Source: Candidatus Moraniibacteriota bacterium
Lineage (GTDB): Bacteria > Patescibacteriota > Minisyncoccia > Moranbacterales > UBA1568
DNA: 51,472 nucleotides
Assembly (NCBI GenBank): GCA_043785755.1
Contig: JAYVWV010000035.1
Coordinates: 1 to 51,472 of the forward strand
Direction of reading: 5' to 3'
Part shown: in pieces, positions 19,362-28,109 of the stretch
Numbering within the stretch: the stretch's first letter is position 1
Layout of the letters: each line of letters opens with the position of its first letter
Made by a program: the position numbers and the translations under genes
The notes under the pieces: generated by a model
The model's input: only the letters and a program-made list of their open reading frames with translations
The model's database searches: none
What the model was told of the DNA's origin: nothing

Positions 19362-20108
19362 CTACTTCAGTTTCTTCCAATCGAAGTTCCAGGGGTCGGT
19401 CTTGCGGCCAGGGGCGATGTCGCTGTGACCGACGATATTCTTGATGGTGTATCCCTTCTTCAACTGCGCTATAAGAGCATTGACCGCCACATATTGAGCA
19501 CTGGTACATTCGGTCGTTTCCTTGTTCATGAGCTCGATGCCAATAGAAAAATCGTTGACGTTGGTGCGCCCGTCCGGCATCTTGCTCGCCCCGGCATGAT
19601 AGGCAATGTTCTGATCCTTTACCAAACGGTATATGGTCCCGCCACGGTCAATCAGATAGTGCGCACTGACGCCGTAGCCTTCATAAATCTTGACCAGTGC
19701 CTCGACAGAATAGGGATCCTTGCCATTGGGATCATAGGATGAATGAATGGCGATGGTATCGATGATACGGTCCTTGGTCGGTACCGCGAAACCGCTCCCC
19801 ATCAAACGATCGATGATCTTCAGAGCGGTTAGCGGCGTCTCTTTTTTCGTCGTGTCCACCACTGGCACTTCTGGTCCCGCCCCTTCCTGGAGGAGCGCTG
19901 CTGCTTCTTTGGCACTTTCTTCAGCAGCACTCTTCGCCGTGTTCGCCTTCTCTTTCATCGTCTCGTAAGCCGCCAATCCTTGGGCCGCTAGCACAGGCGC
20001 GGGCGCATCATTGGTAACCGTCAGCGTCGTTCCGGCTGTACCAAAATAAAAGTACCCCGCTCCGAGGACCATGATGACCACCGTCAATAATAATCCGATT
20101 ACTCCCAT
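19362..20108 (-). CDS. Membrane-anchored N-acetylmuramoyl-L-alanine amidase (Amidase_2/PGRP type)
   Basis: N-terminal TM helix, then IDTIAIHSSY, NIAYHAG, NDFSIGIEL, GHSDIAPGRKTDPWNFDW. Confidence 0.85.
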   Translation of the reverse strand: MGVIGLLLTVVIMVLGAGYFYFGTAGTTLTVTNDAPAPVLAAQGLAAYETMKEKANTAKSAAEESAKEAAALLQEGAGPEVPVVDTTKKETPLTALKIIDRLMGSGFAVPTKDRIIDTIAIHSSYDPNGKDPYSVEALVKIYEGYGVSAHYLIDRGGTIYRLVKDQNIAYHAGASKMPDGRTNVNDFSIGIELMNKETTECTSAQYVAVNALIAQLKKGYTIKNIVGHSDIAPGRKTDPWNFDWKKLK

Positions 20109-20162
20109 AAGTATACTTTCATCACTAGTATAACAAAAAGCTCTCGTTCCTGATACCGAAAC

Positions 20163-20193
20163 GAGAAAAACAAAACCCCGCCTGGTGGCGGGG
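20163..20193 (-). terminator. Rho-independent terminator
   Basis: Minus strand CCCCGCC-acca-GGCGGGG followed by UUUUGUUUUU. Confidence 0.75.
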
Positions 20194-20213
20194 TCATGAA
20201 TGGCAGGAAAACT

Positions 20214-20480
20214 CTATTTCTTCTTGCCCTTAGCTACAGGCGTGGATGTCATCAGTTTGGCAAGTCCTGCACCGATAGCGGCCCCGAGTGCAGCTGTGAT
20301 CATAGCGGCCTTCTCCGGATTCTTCTTCGCGAAACGCTCCACTTTGACGTAGGTACTTTCCAAATACTTCTTGGCCTTGGCAATTTCCTTCTCAGCCTGC
20401 GCCTGTCCTTTCTTCAGCTCCGTCTGCACGACTTTCTTCACCTGCTTGACGACTGCGCCTGCTGTTTGTTTCTTTGCCAT
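20214..20480 (-). CDS. Small tail-anchored protein, ElaB/YqjD (DUF883)- or YtxH-like
   Basis: Start ATG 20480 (MAKKQTAG). Lys/Glu-rich helix, then NPEKAAMITAALGAAIGAGLAKLM. Confidence 0.55.
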   Translation of the reverse strand: MAKKQTAGAVVKQVKKVVQTELKKGQAQAEKEIAKAKKYLESTYVKVERFAKKNPEKAAMITAALGAAIGAGLAKLMTSTPVAKGKKK

Positions 20481-20506
20481 ATACTTTCGTATCACGGATT
20501 AATCAT

Positions 20507-20815
20507 TTACTCTTTCCCATCGCGCGCGGTTGAGTACGACACCAAAGCAACCAGCAGAATGACACTGCCTACCAGTACATCACCCAAACCCGGCCGCTCC
20601 AGCACGTCACTTAACATCCGTGCGCCCCCCACCAGAAAAAATATAATACCCAGCAGGGCTAAGAACAGAAGCAAAAGATTGCGCGCCACTCGGCGGATGA
20701 AATCCTCCGTTGACTGTCTGGCACTTTCGACCACGCCCGCAATAATTGCCTCCACGCTTCCGAAGAGACCATCGAGCACTACCGCCATAAAGCCTTTGCT
20801 GTTCTTGCTTGCCAT
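20507..20815 (-). CDS. Small 2-TM membrane protein, YqjE/Holin-X-like (tentative)
   Basis: Start ATG 20815 (MASKNSKGF...), followed by an amphipathic N-terminus and two hydrophobic helices. Confidence 0.5.
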   Translation of the reverse strand: MASKNSKGFMAVVLDGLFGSVEAIIAGVVESARQSTEDFIRRVARNLLLLFLALLGIIFFLVGGARMLSDVLERPGLGDVLVGSVILLVALVSYSTARDGKE

Positions 20816-20854
20816 GGTATTGATCTTCTCCCTCTTAGTCGAGGATATGGTATC

Positions 20855-20883
20855 ATTATAGCATGTCTTAGCCTTGTTCCCAA
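20855..20883 (-). promoter_or_regulatory. Promoter TTGGGA-17 nt-(TGc)TATAAT, overlapping a plus-strand TGgTATCAT element
   Basis: Plus strand 20847-20864 atggtatcattatagcat is a near-palindrome that carries extended -10 elements on both strands. Confidence 0.5.
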
Positions 20884-20897
20884 GATTCTTCTGCACT

Positions 20898-22931
20898 ATG
20901 CAGCTTGTTTCTCTCTCGCACTCCATTCCGTTTCTTTTCCCCCTTGTTTTGGGCGCTTTTCTTTTGCTCTTTCCCCACCATGGTGTTCTGGCCGCCGCCA
21001 CCGCATCCGGTCAGATTATGCTGAGCGAAATCCAGATTACCGGCGGTACCAAGGCAACGAAAGATGAGTTCGTAGAGCTCTACAACCCAAGTACATCACC
21101 GGTCAATATCAGCGACTGGGAACTGCGCAAAAAAACCAGAGGTGATAACTCTCCTACTGGAACACTTTTTCATAAATTCCTCCCCGTCGCTTGCGTATTG
21201 CCTGCCGGAAGCGCCCTGACCGACACCATCCCGGCTCACGGGTACCTGCTCTGGACGAATAAGGACGGCAACGCCCCTTTCACCCCGCTCTTCGACGTGC
21301 AGAGCGGTAACAAGGAATCACCGAGTCTGGCTGAGAGTAACGGCCTGGCACTCTTCGATAACAGAAAGCAACTCATCGATAGCGTCACTTGGGACGTTTG
21401 CCCAGCGACAGCTAAGGGTAACACGACGTGCTTCCCGAAAGAAAACGCCTTCCTCGGAGCATATCTCGAGCAAGGGACCACGAAGTGGAACGCCATTATC
21501 CGAGATCCCGCGGCGGATACCTGGCGTATCTCGACTGTCCCGACCCCGCAGAATACCGGCCAAAAAGTATGTCCGGAAACGCCACCGCCTCCCACCCCGG
21601 TCAAAGTCTCTGTCCGTTTCAATGAAATCCTGGCCAACCCAGTAGGTGACGAAACCGCTGGGGAATTTATCGAGCTCTATAACAATGACACCACGGCCGA
21701 TATCAGTGGCTTCGTTATTCATGATGCCTCCAAAACCGGGAGCTACACCTTCCCCGCCAACACCACTCTCGCCAGTCATGCATACTATGTTTTGGAGCGC
21801 GCTGTCTCCAAGCTCTCTCTCAACAACACTAATGAAACACTGACCCTCTCCGACGCTGCCGGAACAATCATCGACACCGTGCAGTATCAAACAAGCAAAG
21901 AAGGAGTGTCGTTCAACTTCACCGGCAGCAGCTGGCGCGGTGGCACACCGACTCCCGGCACCGCCAATCAGTTAAACTCTCTCCCCGAAACCAACGAGAG
22001 GGTACCGAAAGACGGTTATCGTGGCGTTGCCGTCTCGTTCAATGCCCGAGGTGATGATACTGATAACGACCAGCTCAAATACACCTGGGATTTCGGTGAT
22101 GGTCACAAGAGCTACCAAGAAGAAACCACCCACACCTACGAAGACACGGGTACCTATACGGTCACGCTCACCACGAGTGATGGCAAGGACGACACGGTAG
22201 AAACATTCTCCATCAAGATAGAACCCCTCCCTGAAAAAAAAGTGCGCATCGTTTCCTTCGTCCCCAACCCGAGTGGTAAGGATAGTGACGGGGAATACCT
22301 CATCATCGAGAATCGCGAGAAGAAACCCGTCAACCTAAAAGACTACGGCATCGCCACCGGTTGGAAGAAACTTTCCAATCATCCCGTGCGTGAAAGCTTC
22401 ATCATCGCCGGCAAGTCACAAGCCAAGATGACCCGGGAATTTTCCCTCTTCACTCTCCCCAACCAAAAGGGTCGCATCGAGCTGCGCGCGCCCGATGGCG
22501 AAGTACTGCAAAAAATTACATACGAACTCGATCGACCGATCGCCGAAGACGCCCTGTACTTCAAAGAAAAAGGCAGTGGCTGGCAGTGGCAAGAAAAAGA
22601 AAGCTCGCCCGGTCGCTCGGTCACCGAAACGCCGACTGTGCCATCAATCCCCGAAGTAGCCACCCTCCCGGAATCATTACCCCCCGCACCGAAAACGTCA
22701 CCAGAAGAAGTCGCCCCAACCCCACCGGAACCAAAAAAACTTTCGCTCTTGCCGCTCTTAAACTACGGCACCGCTGTCACTCTGCCAGAAAACATACAAC
22801 TCTCCTTCGATGACTCTCTGATACAAACATCCTCATCGCAAAAGAGAGAGCACTATGCTCTCGCCTTCGCCAAAGAAGTCTTGGCCGAAATCAACACCAC
22901 GCTCAATAGTATGCAGAATAGGGACAAATGA
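20898..22931 (+). CDS. Secreted surface protein with three lamin-tail (LTD) domains and one PKD domain
   Basis: Start ATG 20898 (signal-like MQLVSLSHSIPFLFPLVLGAFLLLF). LTD signatures: LSEIQITGG..DEFVELYNPS..ISDWEL; VRFNEILANPVGDETAGEFIELYNN; VSFVPNPSGKDSDGEYLIIEN. PKD signature: YTWDFGDGHKS...THTYEDTGTYTVTLTTSDG. Confidence 0.85.
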   Translation: MQLVSLSHSIPFLFPLVLGAFLLLFPHHGVLAAATASGQIMLSEIQITGGTKATKDEFVELYNPSTSPVNISDWELRKKTRGDNSPTGTLFHKFLPVACVLPAGSALTDTIPAHGYLLWTNKDGNAPFTPLFDVQSGNKESPSLAESNGLALFDNRKQLIDSVTWDVCPATAKGNTTCFPKENAFLGAYLEQGTTKWNAIIRDPAADTWRISTVPTPQNTGQKVCPETPPPPTPVKVSVRFNEILANPVGDETAGEFIELYNNDTTADISGFVIHDASKTGSYTFPANTTLASHAYYVLERAVSKLSLNNTNETLTLSDAAGTIIDTVQYQTSKEGVSFNFTGSSWRGGTPTPGTANQLNSLPETNERVPKDGYRGVAVSFNARGDDTDNDQLKYTWDFGDGHKSYQEETTHTYEDTGTYTVTLTTSDGKDDTVETFSIKIEPLPEKKVRIVSFVPNPSGKDSDGEYLIIENREKKPVNLKDYGIATGWKKLSNHPVRESFIIAGKSQAKMTREFSLFTLPNQKGRIELRAPDGEVLQKITYELDRPIAEDALYFKEKGSGWQWQEKESSPGRSVTETPTVPSIPEVATLPESLPPAPKTSPEEVAPTPPEPKKLSLLPLLNYGTAVTLPENIQLSFDDSLIQTSSSQKREHYALAFAKEVLAEINTTLNSMQNRDK

Positions 22932-22939
22932 TTCCGATC

Positions 22940-23854
22940 TCAGAAACCCAGACGATGACTCACTTGGGGTAGGTACTGCCGGAGCGTCATATATATGAAG
23001 TGTCTTTTGGTAATAAGTGCGGCGAGAACAAACGACACAATCATAAGTATCCCGCCCGCTACCTGGAGTGGGGTCGTCGCCTCGTGGAACACGGCCCAGG
23101 ACATGATTGCCCCCGTGAGCGGTTCGACCACGCCATCATACAATGTGGCTACCATCTCATCTGCCCAGCGACTAGCCCACTGGATGATGCCATAGGGGAT
23201 GGTGGTGAAGAGGAGTGTCTGCCAAAGGAGCGGCCACCAATAGGGCTGTGCCACGACAAGCGAAGTGTTCGGATCAAAAACGCTCCATAAAAGACAGATG
23301 GCCGTAATAATGAGAAACTGCTGGATACAGAGGGCGGTGATATGGGTGGCCCGTTCGCGCTCGAAGCGCTCCGAATAGATGAAATAGAACGCCGAAGAAA
23401 GGGCCGAAAGCAAGAGGATGAATTCCCCCACTCCAAATCCACTCATCCCACCAACCAGAAAATACATCCCAACGATGGCGACCAGGATAGCGACATTATC
23501 CGCCCGCTTGATCCGATAACGATACATCGCATACCCGACATACGGGATGATAAGCATGCCGAGATTGGTGAGAAAAACCGTATTGGCGGACGTCGTCAGA
23601 TTGAGCCCAACCATCTCGAGAATTTCCATACCTGAAACAAAGATTCCGAGGACGAGCCCCTCTCGCCAGCGATGCAGGAGCGGAATCTTTTTGAAGAACG
23701 CATAGGGCAGGAATAAGAGCACGGACAAAAGAAAGTTCCAAAAGGTGAAACTAACCGGATTGATATGATCCAAAAGCGGCTTCTGGATAGCGTAACTCGC
23801 CCCCCACAAGAGGGCCGCAATGAAGTACACGAGTTTCGAGCGTTTCTTATTCAT
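22940..23854 (-). CDS. EamA/DMT-family transporter
   Basis: 304 aa with about 10 TM helices arranged as two repeated halves. Confidence 0.7.
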   Translation of the reverse strand: MNKKRSKLVYFIAALLWGASYAIQKPLLDHINPVSFTFWNFLLSVLLFLPYAFFKKIPLLHRWREGLVLGIFVSGMEILEMVGLNLTTSANTVFLTNLGMLIIPYVGYAMYRYRIKRADNVAILVAIVGMYFLVGGMSGFGVGEFILLLSALSSAFYFIYSERFERERATHITALCIQQFLIITAICLLWSVFDPNTSLVVAQPYWWPLLWQTLLFTTIPYGIIQWASRWADEMVATLYDGVVEPLTGAIMSWAVFHEATTPLQVAGGILMIVSFVLAALITKRHFIYMTLRQYLPQVSHRLGF

Positions 23855-23904
23855 AAGGAGTCTTTTATATTTCTATTTAATCACAAAATGTTCTGCTGGC
23901 CTAT

Positions 23905-23945
23905 GAAAAAGAAAAAAGAGCTGGTCAGGCTCTTGTTGTTTTTTG
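23905..23945 (-). terminator. Hairpin AAGAGC-7 nt-GCUCUU flanked by A- and T-runs (bidirectional geometry)
   Basis: gaaaaagaaaaaagagctggtcaggctcttgttgtttttt. Confidence 0.5.
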
Positions 23946-23960
23946 ACCTTGGCCGAGGTA

Positions 23961-24452
23961 CTACTCGGTCCAGTGCGCCAACCCGAGAAGCGGGCGGAGG
24001 TGCGGGTTTCGTTCTTCGCTGATCACATCGCAGACATCGGTCTCCCGCAGTTGGCCAAGGCGGATGGCAAGGACGAACATCGCCGCTTCATCCCAGAGCT
24101 CTGGTAAACCCGAGAAACTGAAGATGAGTTCCCTGCCACGGACGGCGCCGCCCCAACGATCGATTTCCGGCTTCCGACTCTCGTAGCTCGTAAAGTCAGT
24201 CAGACCATAGAGACGCTTGCCCTTCTCGATGGCAAACTCCATTCGCTTATCCACCTTTTCTGGCGAGGAATAACCGAGGCCAACGAGCATCTCGAGATCA
24301 CCGCGCCCGAGCTCGACGATGGCGAGGTAACCGCCACACTTGTCTGGCGGTTGACCAGCGGAACGCAGATGGGCAATAGCGAGCCCCAGTATGCGCTCAG
24401 CATAGTCAACGAGACGGCCCAAACGCACCGAATGAAAGGGCTTGTAGTACAC
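23961..24452 (-). CDS. Hypothetical protein (163 aa)
   Basis: GTG start at 24452 preceded by agggag. Weak resemblance to GlcG/DUF336 (GGAVRGRELIFSFSGLPELWDEA), not secure. Confidence 0.45.
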   Translation of the reverse strand: MYYKPFHSVRLGRLVDYAERILGLAIAHLRSAGQPPDKCGGYLAIVELGRGDLEMLVGLGYSSPEKVDKRMEFAIEKGKRLYGLTDFTSYESRKPEIDRWGGAVRGRELIFSFSGLPELWDEAAMFVLAIRLGQLRETDVCDVISEERNPHLRPLLGLAHWTE

Positions 24453-24557
24453 AGTTATGCACTCCCTGTGAAGTTGCTATTCGTCCGAATTGGACTACAC
24501 AGGATACTATGTTTTTGCTGATTTGTCAACTCTTGGTTCTTAAATTCCATTCTAGGT

Positions 24558-24584
24558 AACAAAAACGAGGCTCTATCAAGCCTC
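24558..24584 (-). terminator. Rho-independent terminator after the NUDIX gene
   Basis: Minus strand GAGGCU-ugauag-AGCCUC followed by GUUUUUGUU. Confidence 0.65.
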
Positions 24585-24647
24585 CTTTTCTAGGCCATCA
24601 CCACAGCATGTGGTGGGCTGAAATAAGTAAACTATAAATAATCCCCC

Positions 24648-25229
24648 CTACCCCACGATGAGATCCTTGATGCCTGCCATTTTCTGTGGGTCACCCTGGG
24701 CCTCCAAAAGCTTGATGCGCAGTTCCAGATCGCCGAAGTTCGGCTGCATCACGATCTGCACGAATTCGTCAAAGTCCACCAGCTTGAGATCGATCTTTTC
24801 CGCCCCATCGAGGTTCTGCTCGGCCACTTTCTTGCACCCTCGGGCGATGAACGTATAGATGGCCCAATCGATCTTGCCGACCGGCTGCACGGCATCAAAG
24901 AGCTGCCACTCCGCGGCCTCATAGCCCGTCTCTTCTAAAAGTTCCCGCTTGGCTGCCTCCAAAGGTTCCTCACCCTCGTCTAATCGCCCACCGACCAAGC
25001 CCATGAACGGGGCCTTGTTCGGCTGTTCCTGCAACGCAACAATGATCTGACCTTCCTCCGTCACTGCGATGATCATAGCCGTGTCAGATCGTTTCACTTT
25101 TTCAAACGTCTTAGGCTTCCCATCGTACCCCATCACTTCCCATTGGTAGACATCAAAAAGAACACCCGAAAAAACTTTTGTCGCATCGTCGGGCATCGGT
25201 TGACGCGAAGCTGGTCGAACTATTTCCAT
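24648..25229 (-). CDS. NUDIX hydrolase
   Basis: Nudix box GGRLDEGEEPLEAAKRELLEETGY. Confidence 0.9.
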   Translation of the reverse strand: MEIVRPASRQPMPDDATKVFSGVLFDVYQWEVMGYDGKPKTFEKVKRSDTAMIIAVTEEGQIIVALQEQPNKAPFMGLVGGRLDEGEEPLEAAKRELLEETGYEAAEWQLFDAVQPVGKIDWAIYTFIARGCKKVAEQNLDGAEKIDLKLVDFDEFVQIVMQPNFGDLELRIKLLEAQGDPQKMAGIKDLIVG

Positions 25230-25238
25230 ACGAAAAGA

Positions 25239-26354
25239 TTATTCCAATGTTATCGCTACAATTTCCGACTGCGTGCCGAGACGCATGGCCGGCCCCCAGG
25301 TGCCAACACCGCTTGAGGTGTAGAGAGTAAAGTCGCCAATCGGATAGAGACCGTAGTCAAAACCGTGGTGCACCAGATACGTGACGAACTGAAACGGCCA
25401 CTGTTGTCCCCGGTGGGTATGACCAGCGAGCATCAAATTGACACCGCTCGCCGCAATCTCGGCGATACGCTGCGGCACATGATACAAGAGAACATTCGGA
25501 TGACCGACATACTGCTCGCGCAGGGTCAAGAGTGTCGTTATCACATCTTTGATCTCTCCGCGCTTGGGGAAATCAATACCGATCAGTCGTAGACCATCGA
25601 CATCACGTACCTCGTCATTCAAGATCGTCACCTGTGTCCCTTCGAGCGCCGCAAAGGCTTTTTCGACTCCGAGATAGGTTTCGTGGTTGCCGGTAATAAA
25701 GAAAACACCCTCCGGAGCCTTGATAGCGTTAAAGGGCTGGACCAGTGAATCCAAGTGACCATCCATCCCGTCAAAGAGATCGCCCGTCAGCACCACCATC
25801 TTCGGATGAAGTTTGTTCACTTCCGCCACGACGCCATTAAGAAAGCCTGCCTGATAGACATGCCCCAAATGCACATCGGATAACTGGACGATGGTCTGCC
25901 CCTTCCAATTCTCTGGCAGCCCCGGGATACGGACCGTGACATGCTCTACGACCGGGTGCAGAGCATTCCACACGCCGTAGAACGAAACAAGCAAGGCAGC
26001 TCCGAGAAACAGCGAGGCCAAGAGTGGCTTGTTCGGAGCGAATGACATCCGTTGCCCAACCCACATGACGATCCACAGGGCCGAACAGGCCAGCATCAGA
26101 TTGACCAAAAGCCCTAACCAGAACCCGGAGAGAAAGTAGACCGCTCGCGTGATGATGTTTTCGTAGTAGTGCGCGATGGCCGAGGAAACAAAAAAGCTGA
26201 GCGAAAGAATAGCCAAAAGTAAAGCAATGGTGAATTTTTGTGGTGCGTCTGTCAGTGAAAAAAAATTAACCAGCGAGATATACACTAAAAAATGGCCCCA
26301 CAACAAAAGAGCCAGGAAGGCGATGAGGAAAACGATGACAGGAATGAGAGGCAT
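25239..26354 (-). CDS. Membrane-anchored metallophosphoesterase (YkuE-like)
   Basis: Four N-terminal TM helices, then QLSDVHLGH, TGDLFDG, GNHE, GHTHRGQ. Confidence 0.85.
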   Translation of the reverse strand: MPLIPVIVFLIAFLALLLWGHFLVYISLVNFFSLTDAPQKFTIALLLAILSLSFFVSSAIAHYYENIITRAVYFLSGFWLGLLVNLMLACSALWIVMWVGQRMSFAPNKPLLASLFLGAALLVSFYGVWNALHPVVEHVTVRIPGLPENWKGQTIVQLSDVHLGHVYQAGFLNGVVAEVNKLHPKMVVLTGDLFDGMDGHLDSLVQPFNAIKAPEGVFFITGNHETYLGVEKAFAALEGTQVTILNDEVRDVDGLRLIGIDFPKRGEIKDVITTLLTLREQYVGHPNVLLYHVPQRIAEIAASGVNLMLAGHTHRGQQWPFQFVTYLVHHGFDYGLYPIGDFTLYTSSGVGTWGPAMRLGTQSEIVAITLE

Positions 26355-26448
26355 AGGATGTTTTTAAAACTGAGCAAAAGATGGGCCCGCCAGAGGCCGG
26401 GTAAAAATCCCTGCCTGTCGGCAGACGGGGAACACCTACAATACTGTG

Positions 26449-26519
26449 AGCGAGATACGGGAATCGAACCCGTGCCCTAACCTTGGGAAGGTCATGTACT
26501 ACCATTATACTAATCTCGC
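26449..26519 (-). tRNA. tRNA-Gly (anticodon CCC)
   Basis: GCGAGATTAGTATAATGGTAGTACATGACCTTCCCAAGGTTAGGGCACGGGTTCGATTCCCGTATCTCGCT folds into a full cloverleaf with T-loop TTCGATT. CCA is not encoded. Confidence 0.9.
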
Positions 26520-26521
26520 TG

Positions 26522-26588
26522 ACTGAAACTTTTAGGGAAGTTTACCCGCCTTTGGCGGAGTCATGCACTACCAATATACTCGTCTCGC
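26522..26588 (-). pseudogene. Degenerate tRNA-like element (tRNA-Gly-like, GCC at the anticodon position), 2 nt upstream of tRNA-Gly(CCC)
   Basis: GCGAGACGAGTATATTGGTAGTGCATGACTCCGCCAAAGGCGGGTAAACTTCCCTAAAAGTTTCAGT. The first 30 nt are about 80% identical to the neighbouring tRNA. Position 33 is C rather than U, the T-arm has 3 bp with no TTCGA loop, and the acceptor stem pairs 5 of 7. Confidence 0.5.
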
Positions 26589-26604
26589 TTCCCCAAGCAG
26601 AGCC

Positions 26605-26633
26605 ATTGTAGCGCATATCCGGAACAGGAGCAA
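26605..26633 (-). promoter_or_regulatory. Promoter TTGCTC-17 nt-TACAAT upstream of the tRNA-like/tRNA-Gly pair
   Basis: Minus strand reads TTGCTCctgttccggatatgcgcTACAATggctctg. The hexamer ends 16 nt before the tRNA-like 5' end. Confidence 0.5.
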
Positions 26634-26694
26634 TGGTAGACAAGACGCTCATTTTCTGGTACGCTGTGAAAGTATAAATTTCTTTTTTCATCTC

Positions 26695-28104
26695 ATGTTC
26701 TCTTTCTTCACTAGAGGACGCATCATCGCGCTTGCCATCATTTCACTCCTCTTAATCAGTGGCATCTCCGTCTTTTTCTTTGCCAAAACGCACAAGGCTG
26801 AATTCGCTACTGGTTCACTCAATCTCTTCCAAAAAGTCTCCAAGCTCCTGCCACTGGCACCCGACACCAAAAAGGAGATTGATGTGGTGAGCGCCCTAGT
26901 CGGTGAACTGACCAAACAGGATAATCAGATACGGACCTTCCTCGTTCTCCTCCAGAACGCTGATGAACTGCGGCCTGGTGGTGGTTTCCTCGGTCAGTAC
27001 GCCATCATCAAGATCAAAAATGGCGCCGTACTCTCAACTTTTGTTGAGGATGCCAACCTCCTTGATCAGCGCATCAGCGCCAAAATTACCCCGCCCTATC
27101 CGTTCGTTAAGAAAATGCAGCTCCGTAACTGGAAATTCCGCGACTCCAACTTCTCCCCCGACTTTCCTACCAACGCTGAGAAGGCTCAGTACTTCTACCG
27201 CCTGGCGGGCGGTCGCGAGAAGTTCGATGGGGTCATTGCCATCAACTCACTCGTCTTCAATAACATCTTGGCCATCTCCGGCCCCATCCAGATCCCGGGC
27301 GATAGCAATACCTACACCAGTACCGATGGCGCTTACAAATTGGAAGACCGGGTAGAACGGGTCTACCTCGGGGAAGATGTCCCGGCGGAACTGAAGCAAG
27401 CCCGCAAAACCATCATGAAACGCCTCGCGACAGAGATCATGAGCCGGGTGGCCACCGTCCAAAACATCCCCAAGCTGGCTGAATTCACCCAAAACGAACT
27501 GCGTAACCGAGACATCATGCTCTATTTCGCCGATGCCAAACTCCAGGATCTGGTGAAGAGCGTCCACTGGGACGGGGCGGTCCAGACCGACTGGAATAAT
27601 GACTACCTGGCTCTGGTCGACGCTAACATGGGGGCGCTCAAGACCGACTACTACATCAAGCGCTCACTCGACTACACCGTCGACTTCACAGACGAAAAGC
27701 CAACCGCCACCATCCTCTACACTTACCAACACACCGCCACGCACGGCGACTGGCGCACCAGTGACTACCATACCTATCTGCGCGCTTATGTCCCGCAGGG
27801 TTCCAAACTCATTGAACGCAAACTGGTCGGTCCGCCACTCACCGATGAGGCCTTCGGTAAAACCTACTTTGGCGTCTCCGTCGACGTTTTGATCGGTGGC
27901 GAAACCATAGGGATGATCAAATACGAGCTGCCCGACACTATCACGGCCGACAACTATCACCTCCTCATCCAGAAACAGTCCGGGGTCGGCACCCTGCCCG
28001 TCACCGTTCATATCAAGACGAAGGATGGCAACACCTATAATCAAACGGCTGACCTTCAAAAAGACCTCAACTTCTCGATAGAGCAGGTGGACGAGAAGAG
28101 GTAA
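26695..28104 (+). CDS. DUF4012-domain membrane-anchored protein
   Basis: Start ATG 26695 (MFSFFTRGRIIALAIISLLLISGISVFFF). LLQNADELRPGGGFLGQYAIIKIKNG is typical of DUF4012. Confidence 0.75.
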   Translation: MFSFFTRGRIIALAIISLLLISGISVFFFAKTHKAEFATGSLNLFQKVSKLLPLAPDTKKEIDVVSALVGELTKQDNQIRTFLVLLQNADELRPGGGFLGQYAIIKIKNGAVLSTFVEDANLLDQRISAKITPPYPFVKKMQLRNWKFRDSNFSPDFPTNAEKAQYFYRLAGGREKFDGVIAINSLVFNNILAISGPIQIPGDSNTYTSTDGAYKLEDRVERVYLGEDVPAELKQARKTIMKRLATEIMSRVATVQNIPKLAEFTQNELRNRDIMLYFADAKLQDLVKSVHWDGAVQTDWNNDYLALVDANMGALKTDYYIKRSLDYTVDFTDEKPTATILYTYQHTATHGDWRTSDYHTYLRAYVPQGSKLIERKLVGPPLTDEAFGKTYFGVSVDVLIGGETIGMIKYELPDTITADNYHLLIQKQSGVGTLPVTVHIKTKDGNTYNQTADLQKDLNFSIEQVDEKR

Positions 28105-28109
28105 CGTAT

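Noticed and set aside
19362-20815. Holin, small membrane protein and amidase read as a phage lysis cassette or prophage remnant.
   Set aside because: The 2-TM and tail-anchored pair more closely resembles the YqjE/YqjD (Holin-X/DUF883) stress-protein pair. A strong terminator separates it from the amidase. The amidase carries its own TM anchor. No capsid, terminase, integrase or att-like repeats are present.
26266-26505. 79-aa ORF overlapping tRNA-Gly(CCC); also the 5' extension of ORF 26563..28104 across the tRNA-like element.
   Set aside because: The sequence folds as a canonical tRNA. The DUF4012 protein has a normal N-terminal anchor starting at ATG 26695.
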